Source: Isurus oxyrinchus
Lineage: Eukaryota
DNA: 64,000 nucleotides
Direction: 5' to 3'
Assembly: GCA_026770705.1 (NCBI GenBank)
Contig: JANJGN010000010.1
Location: forward strand, 41,168,001-41,232,000
The translations under genes and the position numbers were made by a program. This document shows, in pieces, positions 39,690 to 51,966 of the stretch. Below the pieces are notes generated by a model, which worked only from the letters and a program-made list of their open reading frames with translations, did no database searches and was not told the origin of the DNA. Position 1 is the first letter of the stretch. Each line of letters begins with the position of its first letter.

Positions 39690-40572
39690 AGGGAAAACTT
39701 AAGATCTTATCAAATCACTGCAAGATGATCTTCTGGAATTGCAAAAACAACAGGACCAATGGGAGATGGCACTCAATGCCAAAAAATGCTATATCATGTG
39801 CGTCACCAACAAAAAGGATCCACCAGCAGGTAGCTTTAAGTTCGGTAATCAAATTCTCCAACAGATAAATACACAAACATACCCGGGTGTTTAGCTTAAA
39901 AACATTAATATTCAATGGGGATTCCACATTCTGCAGATAGCATCCAAAGCAAACAGAGTTTTTGGATTTCTGAGGAGGAATCTTTGGTATTACGACAAAA
40001 ATATCAAGAGTTGTAGCTTACCAAACATTTGTTTGTCCAGTCCTGGAACATGCAAGCTGCGTTTTGGGATCCTTATATGGTGAGAGAAATAAATAAGGCT
40101 GAAGCGATGCAAGACGTGCTGCATGATTCTGCACGAATCAGTATGGGAAAAACACCAGTGTCCCATCCTTGGTCAAAGATTTGGAATGGGAATCATTACA
40201 GCAAAAGAGGGAAAAAAATAGACTGACCGCGTTCCATAAAACATGGAATGGACTGGTGGGTATTGACAGGAAACAAGTACCTGGTGACCTCTGGCAATGA
40301 CATAGGTAGCCATCCACACTAACTACAAAGACCATTTGTTTCTAAGACAGTGTATCCACAATCTTTCGAAGGACAACCCCACAATGGAACAAGTTGTCAA
40401 AGGAAATAGTCACAGACTGATCACTTGAAGTCTTCAAGACTTATCTTTAGATTATTTCTATTTTTATGTTTTCATTATGATATCAGCAGGTTTAGCCACC
40501 ACTACCCATATAAATATTGCCAGAGTACGGACATTAGTCTGTGATGCCAACGCAACTAAAGTAGAAGAAGAA
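39690..40572 (+). mobile_element. 3' fragment of a divergent LINE (invertebrate-like CR1/Daphne/Crack group) nested in a CR1
   Basis: Decayed W.M..N.KKC, SKANR..GFLRRNL, P.LE.A and WDPY motifs; ends in a (GAA)n tail. The flanks rejoin as a CR1. Confidence 0.6.
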
Positions 40573-41275
40573 AGATAGGGCAGAGTACTTTCTAAATAGT
40601 GAAAAGCTAGAAACAGTAGAGATCCAATGAGACATGGGGATCTAGATGCATAGATCAATAAAATGTCGTGAACAGGCAAAGAAAATGAAAGGTTAGTGAA
40701 ATGCTAGTTTTCTAGTCCACTAGACACGAATACAAGGGGGTAGATATTATGCTACAGCTTTACAAAGCCCTGATTAGACCCCGGTGGAGAGCTGAGAGCC
40801 ATTCTGGACATCACAGCAGAGTTTTACCACAATGATACCTGGACTCCAAGGGATAAATTATGAGGAGAGATTGCACAAACATGTGTTTTATTCCCTGGAA
40901 TTTAGAAGGTTCAGTAATTATTTGATCAAAGTTTTCAAGATATTAAGGTAGAACAGATTGTCTAGAAAGAAACTATTTCTATTGGGACTATTGGGCATTT
41001 TCTAAGAATGAGAGACAGATGTTTCGAGAGTGAAATTTGGAAATACTTTTACAAATAAAGACAGGTAAAAGTTTGTAAACGCCTTCCGCAAATTACAGTT
41101 GATGCTAGATTAATTATAAATTTTAAACTGCAGGCTAATGGGTTTCTGTTAGCAAAAGTTAGTAGGGCACATGGGGCTCAGATGGGTCAATTGTGTTAGA
41201 ACGCAAATCAGTCATGATCTCATTTGAGTGATAGAACAAGTTTGAGGGGCTAGGTGGTGCACTCCTGTTCCTATG
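40573..41275 (+). mobile_element. Second CR1 3' end (continues from ~39610-39690)
   Basis: YFLN.EKL and LQLYKALIRP remnants plus a tcagtcatgatctc...ctcctgttcctatg tail. Confidence 0.7.
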
Positions 41276-42644
41276 ATCGTAAAGTAATTAACATTCATGA
41301 AGAAAATGTACTGGAGAAACTAATAACTGAAAGCCAACAAATTCCCTGTTTCTGATGGTGACAATCTTGGGTTTTAAAGGAGGTTGCTACAGAGATGCCG
41401 GATGTACGGGTTGTGGTCTTTCAAAATTCCCAGATTCTGGTAATTTTGATTAGAAAGTAGCAAATATAAAACTGCTATTCAAGAAAGGAGGGAGAGAGAA
41501 AACTGGGAACAGCAGGCCACTTAGCTTGACATCAGTCATTGGGAAAATGCTGGAATCCATTATTAAGGAAGTGGTAACAGGGCATTTTGAAAATTATAAT
41601 ATGATTAGGCAGAGTCAATGTCGTTTCATGAAAGGGAAGACTTGCTTGAGAAATCTGAGAAATCTTTTAAAGATATAACTAGCAGGGAAGATGAAGGCAA
41701 ACCAGTAGAAGTAGTATATTTGATTTTCTAAAGGCATTTGACAGGGAGTCACAAAGATCTTGTTATACAAGATAAGTGCCCATGGGTTTGCGAGAATATA
41801 TTAGATCGAGATCAGAAAATAGAGTAGGGATAACTGGGTCATTTTTGGGCTGGCCAGCTGTTACTAGTGGGGTGCCAGAAGGATCACTGCTGGGTCTTCA
41901 GCTATTTACCATCTATATTAATTACATAGACAAAGGGACTGAATGTGATTTGATGCACGTTTGCTGATGATAAAAAGCTAGGTGGGAAAGTAAGCTGTGA
42001 GGAGGAAACAAGACGGCAAAGATTATAAACCAGTTAGGTGAGTTGACATGAAGGTGCCAAAGGAATATATTGTGGAGAAATGTGGAGCATTCCCTTTGGT
42101 TGGAAGAAAAAGTAAACTGAATATTTTTAAATGGTGAGAAATTATTCAGTGGTGGTGTTCAAGAGGAATTTTGGCATCCTTGTACAAGATATGAATATTA
42201 ACATGTAATTACAACAAGCAATTAGGAAGGTAAGTGTATGCTGGCCTTTATTACAAGAGGCTGGAGTACAAAAATAAAGAAGTATTGCTGCAATTGTACA
42301 GGGCTTTGGTGTGATTACACCTGAAGTATTGTGTAACATTTTGGTCTCCGTACCAAAGGAAAAATATGTTTGACTTAAAGGCGGTGCACCAAAGGTCCAC
42401 TTGATTCCTGGGAATAGTGGGTTGTCCTATAAGGAAAGGAAAGATTGAGTAGTATGAGCCTATACTTTCTGGAGTTTAGAAGAATGAGAGTTGATTGTAT
42501 TGAAACATGTAAGTTCCACAGAGGGCTTGTTAAGTTGGACGCTGGAGAGGCTCTTTCATCTGATCGCAGAGTTGAAAATGGGGGCCACAATCTCAGGATA
42601 AAGAGTTGGTCACTTAAGAACGAAGTGAGGAATTTCTTGACTGA

Positions 42645-42744
42645 AATTAAAAACATTGTGCTGGAAAACCTTAGCAGCCTTGGAGTATCTGTGGAGAGAG
42701 GAACAGAGTGAACATTTCAAGTCCAAAATGATTTCTTCAGAGCT
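42645..42744 (-). mobile_element. Penelope terminal-repeat fragment inserted in the CR1
   Basis: Reverse complement contains CTGAAGA...GAAATGTTCACT...ctctccacaga. Confidence 0.65.
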
Positions 42745-43399
42745 GAGATGGTTGTGAATCTTTGGAATTCTCTACCCTGAAGGGCTGTCAATGCTCAGTC
42801 TTTTGGTATATTCAAGACTAAGGTCAATAGATTTTTGGATTCTTAAGGAAAGTAAAAGGTATGAGACTAGGCAGGAAAGTGGAGTTGGGGGTTGAGGATC
42901 AGCCATGATCTTATTAAGCATTGGAGCTGGCTTGAGGTGCCATATGATCTACTGCTCCTATTTCCTATATTCTTCAGTGCTCCCTACAAATGCAGATTCC
43001 ATGAACTGAGTTTCTATTTTGTGTGTAGTGGATCAGGCATGTCCTTCAGGGCTAACGCATTGACCTTTTTTAATGCTTGGTTATAGCGGATTGGTCAACG
43101 TATCTTCATGACCTGTCCAGGCCCACTGTATTTGGAGAAGAGAAACTTCTCTGTCCAGAATGTACTACTCTCTGGCTCAAGTGTTGGTTAAGCTGAATAG
43201 CAAGGTGCATTTAAGGGAAGCTCGATAAACACAAGGGGCCTAGGAGTAAAAGATAATGCAGAGGGCTGGACAGAGGCTCAGGTGGAACATAAACACTAGC
43301 TTGACCAGATGGGCTGAATGGCCTGGTTCTGTGCTGTAAATTCTATATAATTCTATGTATTTTTCTCATCCGTCTAATGGAAAAGCAACATGCTCTTTT

Positions 43400-44345
43400 T
43401 ATGCATTCATGGAATGTAGGAGCAAGACCAGCATTTATTGCCCATTGCTGATTGTCCTTGAGAAGGTGATAGTGAGCCCCTTCCTTGAAAGGCTACAGCC
43501 TGTGTCATACATGTTCTCCCACAGTTCCAGGTTTTAGACCCAGTAACAATGAAGCAAGGTAATATGATTCCAAATCAGAATGATGTGTGACTTGGAGGGA
43601 AACTTGCAGGTGATGGCGTCCCCATGGGCCTGCCATCCTTCATCATCTAGGTGATAAAGATCACAGTTTTAGAAGGTGTTGTTGATGATAGCTCGGCAAG
43701 TTGCTGCAGAGCATCTTGGAGATGGTACACACTGCAGCCACAGTGTACTGGTTGTGGAGGGAATGAATGTTTAAAGTGGTGAATGAGGTGCTGATCAAGT
43801 GGGCTGCTTTGTCCTGGATGGTGTCAAGCTTCTTGAGTGTTGTTGGAGCTGGACTCCAGGCAATTGGAGAGTATTCCTTCACACTCCTGATTTGTGCCTT
43901 GTGGATGATGGATAGGTTTTTGGAGTGAGGAGATGAGTCACTTGCTGCAAAATTCCCAGCCTCTAACCTGCTCTAGTAATGACAATTTAGTGCAGTTAAG
44001 TTACTGGTCAGTGGTGAAGTGGTTAGACCATCTCTTGTTCAAAATGCTCATTGCAATTGTGGGATTACATAGCTCTATTCCATGCTGCCTTTGTTCAGCA
44101 TGCATGCAATCTGTGTTATAGCTTCCCCTGGTGGGCATCTTGTGTAAACCTGGTGCTGCTCTCGACATGCTTCTCTGCACTTCTCATTGAATCAGGAATG
44201 ATGATGATAATGGTACAGTGAGGGATATGTTGGGTCAGGAGGGTTCAGGTTTTGATGGAATACAAATCTTTTGCGATCCCATGGATGCCAATTTTGAGCT
44301 GCTTGATCAGTTCTGAATCGATCCCACTTAACACAGTAAAACCAT
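43400..44345 (-). mobile_element. CR1/Zenon-like LINE 3' portion
   Basis: ORF 43661-43882 reads EYSPIAW..APTTLKKLDTIQDKAAHLI; same tail as 4145-4440. Confidence 0.75.
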
Positions 44346-44377
44346 GCCCATGTAAGTCAGACAACCACTAATCAATG

Positions 44378-44602
44378 CTGGAAAAACTCAGGTTTAACAG
44401 CATCTGTGGAGAGAAAGACAGAGTTAACTTTTCAAGTCCGTATGACTCTTCAGAAAAGAAGAGGAGTTCTGAAGAAGAGTCATACGGACTCAAGACTGGT
44501 TAACTCTGCCTTTCTCTCCACAGATGCTGTCAGACCTGCTGAGCTTTTCCAGCATTTTTTGTTTTTGTTTCAGATTTCCAGCATCCACAGTATTTTGCCT
44601 TT
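44378..44602. mobile_element. 225-bp fold-back Penelope terminal-repeat insertion
   Basis: 15-bp TSD AACCACTAATCAATG (44363-44377, 44603-44617); two head-to-head terminal-repeat copies. Confidence 0.9.
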
Positions 44603-45334
44603 AACCACTAATCAATGTTTATTTAATTTTCACAAAGTGACCTCCCAAAATAATTTACAGAAAGTGCTAAAAAAAAGGTGCAGTACTTACACATCCAGAG
44701 GCATTTTACAGCATTTCTAATAAAAGGCTATTAGTTATGTTCCATGCTATGGGGCTTCGAGGAAAAGCATAGGAATGCATAAGAAAATGGCTGAACATAT
44801 AAAACAATTATCACCTGCTAAAGGTGTTGTGTTCAGGTGCAGAGAAGAACTTGTTACTACAGTGATCAGTCTTAATACAACCAGCATTTCTAATTTGTTA
44901 ATGGATTCAGAAATTCAATATAACCTTGTTATATTTGCATATATTAACAAAATAGGAAGGGCAGTGAAATTGGAGTAACCAAACAGATAATACAAAATGG
45001 CTTGGACAAAATATATGCGCATATAAGAATGGCAGATAAAATTTATTACATAGAGAAAGGTTAAATGACAAATCTTGAAATGGCTATGGATAAAGCTGAA
45101 GGAGACTCTTGGAATACTCGATGCTAAACATGTCCAATTAATGCAGAACAAATGACGAAGCCAATTTAGTATCGAACTCTGTAGCCAAAACAGTAAAGTA
45201 CAAGTTAGTGGAAGTTGCTATCAAACTGTACATTTCTAATCACCAAGAAACAAGGGAGACATCCAAGTATTGCAGACAAAGTAGAAAAGAGCCATGAGGC
45301 TGGCCCTTAAGTCAGAGCTTTGACATTTTCAGGA

Positions 45335-45520
45335 TATAGATCAGAAAATACTGGAAATAATCAGCAGGTCTCACAGCATCTGAACAGAGAGTATCAGTTA
45401 TTATTTCAGCTCTGTGATCTTTCATCAGGAGTTCTTGTGAAAGATCGTTGGCCTGAAAAGCTAACTCTCTCTGCCTCTCTCTTTCTCTCTCCACAGATGT
45501 CAGACCTGCTATTGCTGACA
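45335..45520. mobile_element. Older fold-back Penelope terminal-repeat insertion inside a decayed CR1 (~44770-45650)
   Basis: A minus-strand copy with a CTGATGA core followed by a plus-strand copy ending tccacagatgtcagacctgct. Confidence 0.6.
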
Positions 45521-45659
45521 AATTTTGGACTGATATCAGGAGGTTCGAGGAATAATCTTCCAGATAGCATTGTAGAAGTAAAAGCCCTAGAATCATTTAA
45601 GAACAAATTGGATGCATCAGTTTAGGACATCAGGGCATCTCTGGATGGAGTAACAACAA

Positions 45660-46100
45660 CAGCAACAAAAATCTGCTTTTACATTTATTAGCATTGTTAA
45701 CTTAGAAAAATGTTTTCAGATGTTTCTGAGAAGTATAGTAAAATTGTGAATCAAAGATTTAGCAGTGGCTTAAAGATTGGTCAAAGAGGTGGGCTTTGAC
45801 AGGGGAGATGGTGGGGCCAAGACATGTAGGGAGGAAATTCTAGAGCATAAGAGTCTGGATGGCAAAAGCAATGTAGGGCACAGGAATACACAGGAGGCCT
45901 GAGTCTGAGGAGTTCAGAGTTTTGGGGGTTTATAGGGCTGCAGTAGGTTACAGAGATAGACAGAAGCAAGGCCATGAAGGTATTTAAATATGAGAATGAG
46001 AATTTTAAATTGCTGCTGGCCCATCAGTGTTTCCAATGTTTGTTAGCAAGGATAGTAGTGATGGCTGAGCTAAATATGATATAGGCAGGCAAGTTTTGGA
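45660..46100 (-). mobile_element. L2 LINE 3' fragment
   Basis: Homologous to 14340-14790. Confidence 0.6.
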
Positions 46101-46134
46101 TGGGATGATGCTTACAAAGGATGGAGGATGGAAG

Positions 46135-46940
46135 GTTGGACAGGGGAGCATTGGAGTGTTAAAATGGCAAGCGACAGGAAGGTCTGGGTCAAACCTCTAC
46201 ATCGGAGAGACCAACACAGACTGGGTGACCGCTTTGCAGAACACCTTCGGTCTGTTTGCAAGCATGACCCAGACCTCCCTGTCGCTTGCCATTTTAACAC
46301 TCCACCCTGCTCTCTTGCCCACATGTCTGTCCTTGGCTTGCTGCATTGTCCCAGTGAAGCTCAACACAAACTGGAGGCACAGCACCTCATCTTCCGACTA
46401 GGCACTTTACAGCCTTCTGGACTGAATATTGAGTTCAACAACTTTAGATCTTGAACTCCCTCCTCCATCCCCACCCCCTTTCTGTTTCTTCCCCCTCCCT
46501 TTTGTTTTTCCAATAATTTATATAGATTTTTCTTTTTCTTTTCCCACCTATTTCCATAATTTTTAAATGTATCCACCCATGGTTTATTTCACCCCACCCC
46601 CACTAGAGCTACCTTGCTTGTCCTGCTCTCCAATCTTAATTAGCACATTCTTTTAGATAATATCACCTCCTTCAACACCTCTTTGTTCTTTTGTCTGTGA
46701 CAACTTTTGGTTATCTCTTCCTATCATTGCTTGTTTGTCCCAACAACCTCCCTACCCGCCCCCCCCAAACCAGCTTATATTTCACCCCTTTCCTATTTCT
46801 ACTTAGTTCTGTTGAAGGGTAATGAGGACTTGAAACGTCATCTTTGCTCTTCTCCGCCGATGCTGCCAGACCTGCTGAGTTTTTCCAGGTATTTCTGTTT
46901 TTGTTTTGGATTTCCAGCAGCCGCCGTGTTTTGTTTTTAG
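46135..46940 (+). mobile_element. Short Penelope-like element (GIY-YIG end + 3' UTR + terminal repeat) with a 5' inversion
   Basis: LYIGET / RLGDRFAEHLRSV...GLNIEFNNFRS is near-identical to 38085-38342. 46152-46191 is the reverse complement of 46265-46304. Confidence 0.92.
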
Positions 46941-47069
46941 ATCCCTTTATTGACTTTCTATGCACATTCTTTCTATATTACCTGACTGAAAATAAATTGG
47001 TCCATTTGAATCCTTTGGTGTATGTATGTGTCTGTCAATATTTCACACTTTTCAATAGTAACCTGATAG

Positions 47070-47900
47070 TGTCAGGAAGAGATAGTGTTATTGGAATTTA
47101 TTGTAAAGCAGTGGTGTGTGTGTTTGTGTCTTAATTGGATTGAAGGCAGCTGGTCTGAAAGCTTTGATGTATTAGAAGAGGAGCTAGGTTTGAAATGTTA
47201 AATAGGTAAACATGCAGGATGTTTAGAATGTAAGGTGTAAAGGGAATATTTGCATTTTTAAATAAACCAGACTAGATTATTTTCAAAGGAGGGGTGCAAT
47301 GTGTCACCTAGCCAGGAGAAGTTAAGAAACAGTGTTTATTTTTTCCGAAAGATTAATGGTAAAATTGGTACTATGATAATTTTTTATGATCACGGAGGTA
47401 AAGACCAAAGACATAGTCAAAGGGGAAAATGTGTATAAAGGAGAGAAGGCTGTGTGTAAGGGCAGGCATCTTAAGATCTTGTGTGAAAAACCTTCCACAT
47501 CTATGCCTCAAGCTACTGTCTACAATGAACTGAAGTTAAGAAAATGCCTTTTGAATTGGATTGTTCAGAATATCATGTTTCTTTGCCTGGGTCTTTTAAA
47601 ATCTGTGCATTTTACTATTGCCTTAATGGAGGTGTAACCGGGAGTCAGATTAATTAGGAGATTTATAAGTTATTATAGTAGTAATTTGTAGACACATGTA
47701 TGTGCTTAAAATCATTTTGCTTATTAATAAATGTTTAATCTAGTTTTGTAAAATCCTGTAAGACTTGGTGGTCTTATTACTACTGAATTCAAAGCCCACA
47801 TCTCGAAACATATAAATTGCAAAAGCAGTTATGGCACTTGTCTCAAGTTTTCCACTGAGATTAGAATAACTCAGCATTTACTATCGCTTGTGCCATAACA
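47070..47900 (+). mobile_element. Solo LTR, 831 bp
   Basis: TG...CA termini (TGTCA...TAACA); 5-bp TSD GATAG (47065-47069, 47901-47905); TATAAA near 47434 and AATAAA at 47726-47731. Confidence 0.85.
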
Positions 47901-47994
47901 GATAGTTCCTGTCTATGTTTTTTGGTTTCCTCAGTTAAAAATATAACTGGTAGATCAAAAGCCTCTTAACAGGACATGAGGAGACAAGAATACA

Positions 47995-49200
47995 ATAGCA
48001 AAATGCTGTGAATGTTTGAAATCTGAAATAAAAATAGAAATGCTGGAAATACTCACCAGGCCAGGCCAGATCTGTGGAGTGAGAAACACAATTAACAATT
48101 CAGGTTGATGATCTTTCATCAGAACTAGAAGAGGTTAGAGCCATAAGAGATTTTCAAGTACAGAGACAGGCAAAAGCAGGGGGATGGGGGCTTGCATGGG
48201 GGACAACCTGTGAAGTAGCTGTGGGGAAGAACAAAAGGGAAAATCTCTGATAGGGTGAAAACCAGAGGAGATTAAATAATAAAAGGAATTGTGATGTAAG
48301 GCAAAATGAGAAGGAGTTGGAACAAGTAAGGAAACAAACGATGAGTATGAAGGAGTTGTAAATGGGAATTGTAGAATCTACTGGAGTCTAGTGCCATCCA
48401 GAACCAAATGACCTCTACTCTCATTTTTGTTCTTTTTTTAAAGATCTGAAATTCTTGCACTCCACATTCAGTGTGGAAGTCTGTTAAGTGTCTAATCAAG
48501 ACATGAGCTGCTGTTCCTCCAGTTTATGTTGAGCATCATTGGAATAGGATTGGAGGCTGTTAATGGAGAGGTCAGAGTGAAAGTGGGGCAGAAAATTAAA
48601 ATGACAGGTGAATAGAATCCCAGGTTCATGCTTTCAGACAAAACAGTGGTGATCACCTAAGTAGGCACCCATTCCATTTCCTTTCATTTAGGGAATGTGG
48701 GTGTCGCTGGCAAGACCAGCATTTAGTGATCATCTGTAATTACCTTAGAGTAGTTTGTTGGGTGTCACTTTTGCGAGTACAACTGAATAGCTTGCTAGGC
48801 CATTTCAGAGGGCAGTTAAGGGGTAACCATACTGGTGTGTGTCTTGAGTTGCATATGGGCCACATAGGATAAGGACAGCAGATTTCCTTCCATAAAGGAC
48901 ATTATTGAACCAGGGTTTCTATGACAAATCAGGTGGTTTCAAAGTCACCATTACTGATACCAGCTTTTAATTCCAGATTCATTTAACTAACTGAATTTAA
49001 ATTCGTCGGCTGCCATGAAGGGATTTGAATTTGTGTCTCCAAATCACTCAGCTACCATAACCCCATTGTAGAGGAGACTGCATTGTGAGCAGCAGTTATT
49101 GTATCCTAAATTGAAAAAACTATATGTAAATCGCTTTTTCACCTGGTAGAAGTGCTTCGGGTTCGGATGATGAGAAGGGAGGAAGTAAAAAAGTGATAAG
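47995..49200 (-). mobile_element. Older Penelope-like element, interrupted by a SINE
   Basis: Minus-strand terminal repeat 48000-48126 with a CTGATGA core; ctgttcctccagttt is the reverse of the KLEEQ codons; GIY-YIG remnants continue at 49040-49200. Confidence 0.7.
48680..49040 (-). mobile_element. tRNA-derived SINE (related to 59011-59363)
   Basis: atgtgggtgtcgctggcaagaccagcattt tail and ttttaattccagatt...gggatttgaa head in reverse. Confidence 0.7.
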
Positions 49201-49479
49201 AATAGTTCTTTTGTCTAATTGTAACCGTGGTAATGACAAATAAATTGGCAGGTGATAAATTTCAACTGCCAACAATGATCATTCCAGCTTACTGCCAAGC
49301 TGTAGGTGAGCTCAGTAAATGAGCCTTTTTTTTGGGTGATATTTTACACCAGCTGTCTGGCTATTTCTAGATTGTCACCTTTCCATTATCTTTCCATTAC
49401 TACACTCGCTTTTTATAGCTCTTTGTTAATAAGTGTTTAAAAAAAAAGACATTCTACCAAAAAAAGCATAATAAGACTA

Positions 49480-50580
49480 AATGTGTAAAGGTCACTAGAC
49501 TCAGTTACTATGTATCCCAAAATATTGAAGGATCTTAGGGAAGGAAATTGGAGCTAATAACCATAACTTTCTGAACAAAAATCTTTAAGAATGGGAATTG
49601 TAAACAAGGGTGATACATAAAAGATCTTTAGTGCATATAATAGAGGATGGAATTAGAAACAGCCTTGCGATGTGGTTTGAAACTTGCCTCCTACCTCCCA
49701 GTCAAGGTCGGGATCAAGTGAATGCATTCTGAGGTGGAACGTGATATGTGGTCCCCAGGGATTTATATTGGTGCCTCAGCTTTTCATCATACCAATGACT
49801 TGGTTAAAGTAATAAAGAGTTGTACATCCAAGTTTACAGGTGATACTAAGTTAAGAAGAACAATAAGTTGCATTGATTGAAGCTGGAAGTTGCAAAGGAA
49901 CAAAGATAAATTAAGTGATAGGACAAAACTGTGGCTGATGGAGGTCAATGTGGGAAAGTGTGGGATAATCCACTTTGGATTCAAGAAAGCCAAATCAGAA
50001 TATTCTCTGAATTGCAAGAGACTAGGAACAATGGAGGAGCAAAGGGATTTGGGTGTCTAGGTACACAAATCACAAAAGTTAATGGAAAAGGCTATTATCT
50101 CAGTAGAGTTGGAATACAAAAGGGAGGAAGTTGTGCATCAATTATACAGAATCATGACTAGACCTCACCTGGAATATTACATTCAGTTCTGGGCAACACA
50201 CCTCTGGTAGAATATATTGGCCTTAGTACTTGCAGATTTGCCAAAATGATACCGGACATAAAGGTTTGAATTATGTGTACACATCAAACAAACTTGAGTT
50301 TAGAAGGTTGAGAGATGTTCTATTTTGAGGTCTTTATAAAATATTGCAGCAGAATAAATGCAACCAAGCTTCCCCCCCTATTTAGGGAATGCAGAAGGGG
50401 GGATTCTAAAATTAGAATTAGGGCACTCGAGGGTAATGAAAATTTGGAATTCACTCCCCAAAGGTTTATGCATGCTGAATCAATTGAAATTTTCAAGACT
50501 CAGATTAACATTTTCATTTGGGTATGTGTATGAAAAATATGGGTCAAAGACAAGTAAATGAAGCTGAGGCACAGATCCTC
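49480..50580 (+). mobile_element. Decayed CR1 LINE fragments
   Basis: SKF.GDTKL, W.ME.NVGKC.IIHFG and IWNSLP remnants. Confidence 0.7.
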
Positions 50581-51828
50581 CTGGTGGATGGGTTCAAAGA
50601 ATTGATACAATATTGAATATGTCTGCTCTCATTGGTTCTGTCTCATTTACAAAAAGATCCAACCCCTGGTCAGCAAAGGCAAAATACTAGAAATCTGAAA
50701 TTAAAAACAAAAAGAGAGGGCGTTTGTGAAAGGTCAACAGTTTCTCAGTCTGAAGCTGTTGCCTGATCCGAGTTTTTTTTTTCAGCCCCCTAGAGCATAT
50801 CAACAATGTCATAATCAGTTGCGGCAGTTTCCAGTTGGCAATTCATAGGGATCAAATACCTCATTTCTGCTGTTTAGGCACTAAACTGTAAATACTGCAA
50901 CTGTAAAATTATTCTATCTTGACATTTTTGCTTCTTCTGGCTGGGGTTAGTTGAAAGCATTTGACACTGAAAATCGATCTAAAATGATTTAACTTTCACA
51001 TTGTGAAATTGTTCTCAGTATCTGAGCAAATACTCAGTTTACACACAGAACACTATTGATCGGTGGATACAATGGATTTTTTTCTTTCGGCCGTTTGACT
51101 GCCAGTTCTGTGTTAATTAATGCTGGAAAAAATTAAACATTTTCCCTGTCTGCAGTGGAACTTCAGACATATTTAAGAGCATTCTTGCAAATATATAATA
51201 CAGGCCTCAATAAACAATTATTTGTTTTATTCATAGATTTTCAGGTACTGATAAGTTTGTAACTCGGGTTACATAATTGTAGGTTTCAAGAACATTTAAC
51301 AGCCTATGTTATACCTAAAGAGAAACACATCATTTTCTCACAGGAATTAAATTATACTTGCATAAACAAGTTTGTGATTGAAGTGTCAAACTGAAAAGAA
51401 CAATAAACATTTGTCTCATCTCTTAAAGTAGAAATATTGCTGAAGCACTTGCACAAGTACTTTCAACCTCTGGTAAAAGACGTGCATTCATGTTATCAGT
51501 GATGTGTTAAATATTCTTTTGCCTATTTATGACAAGATTTGATTTTTTTTGTTTTTATTGTTGTATTTCCTTTAGTGTGTCCCACTTAGAATGCTGCTTC
51601 TATTAAAATTTGTTTGGAAATCTAAAGTTTTCTGCACTGGGCGGTATATTTCAATCCGATGTTTATTAAATGTAGGGTAATTTGGGAGTGAAATATTAGT
51701 ATAAATGCAGCATGCTATAGGTGTTACGTAGACACATGAAAAATACATTCTATTGTGGTAGGTTCTTCAGACTGTTCCTACCTCATGTAGCTGGATTTCA
51801 ATCCAGTCAAAATGGGTGAAGATTATGC

Positions 51829-51867
51829 TGGTCTGAAGAAGAGTCACATGGACTCGAAACGTTAACT
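51829..51867 (+). ncRNA. Minimal type I hammerhead ribozyme motif (best-conserved core in the window)
   Basis: CTGAAGA (51833-39), A, stem II GAGTC/GACTC, GAAA (51856-59), C-GTT triplet, then GGT/ACT-type stem I remnant. Fits the minimal hammerheads described in Penelope-like elements; activity untested. Confidence 0.7.
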
Positions 51868-51966
51868 CTGTTTCTCTCTCCACAGATGCTGTCAGATCTG
51901 CTGAGTTTTTCCAGCATTTTCTGTATTTATTTCAGACTTCTAGCATCTGCTGTATTTTGTTTTTAT
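51829..51966 (+). mobile_element. 138-bp solo Penelope terminal repeat headed by a hammerhead motif
   Basis: 12-bp TSD TGAAGATTATGC / TGAAGGTTATGC (51817-51828, 51967-51978, 1 mismatch). Confidence 0.8.

Larger units (their letters stand above)
36105..42970 (+). mobile_element. Long CR1 LINE split by nested insertions (pieces ~36105-36648, 38869-39105, 41281-42970)
   Basis: Sequential ORF2 remnants: IIMGDF and DHN endonuclease motifs, WPAVTSGVPEGSLLG.QLFTIYIN, FADD.KLGG, LYFLEFRRMR.D.IET.K, then a CR1 3' tail. Confidence 0.8.
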
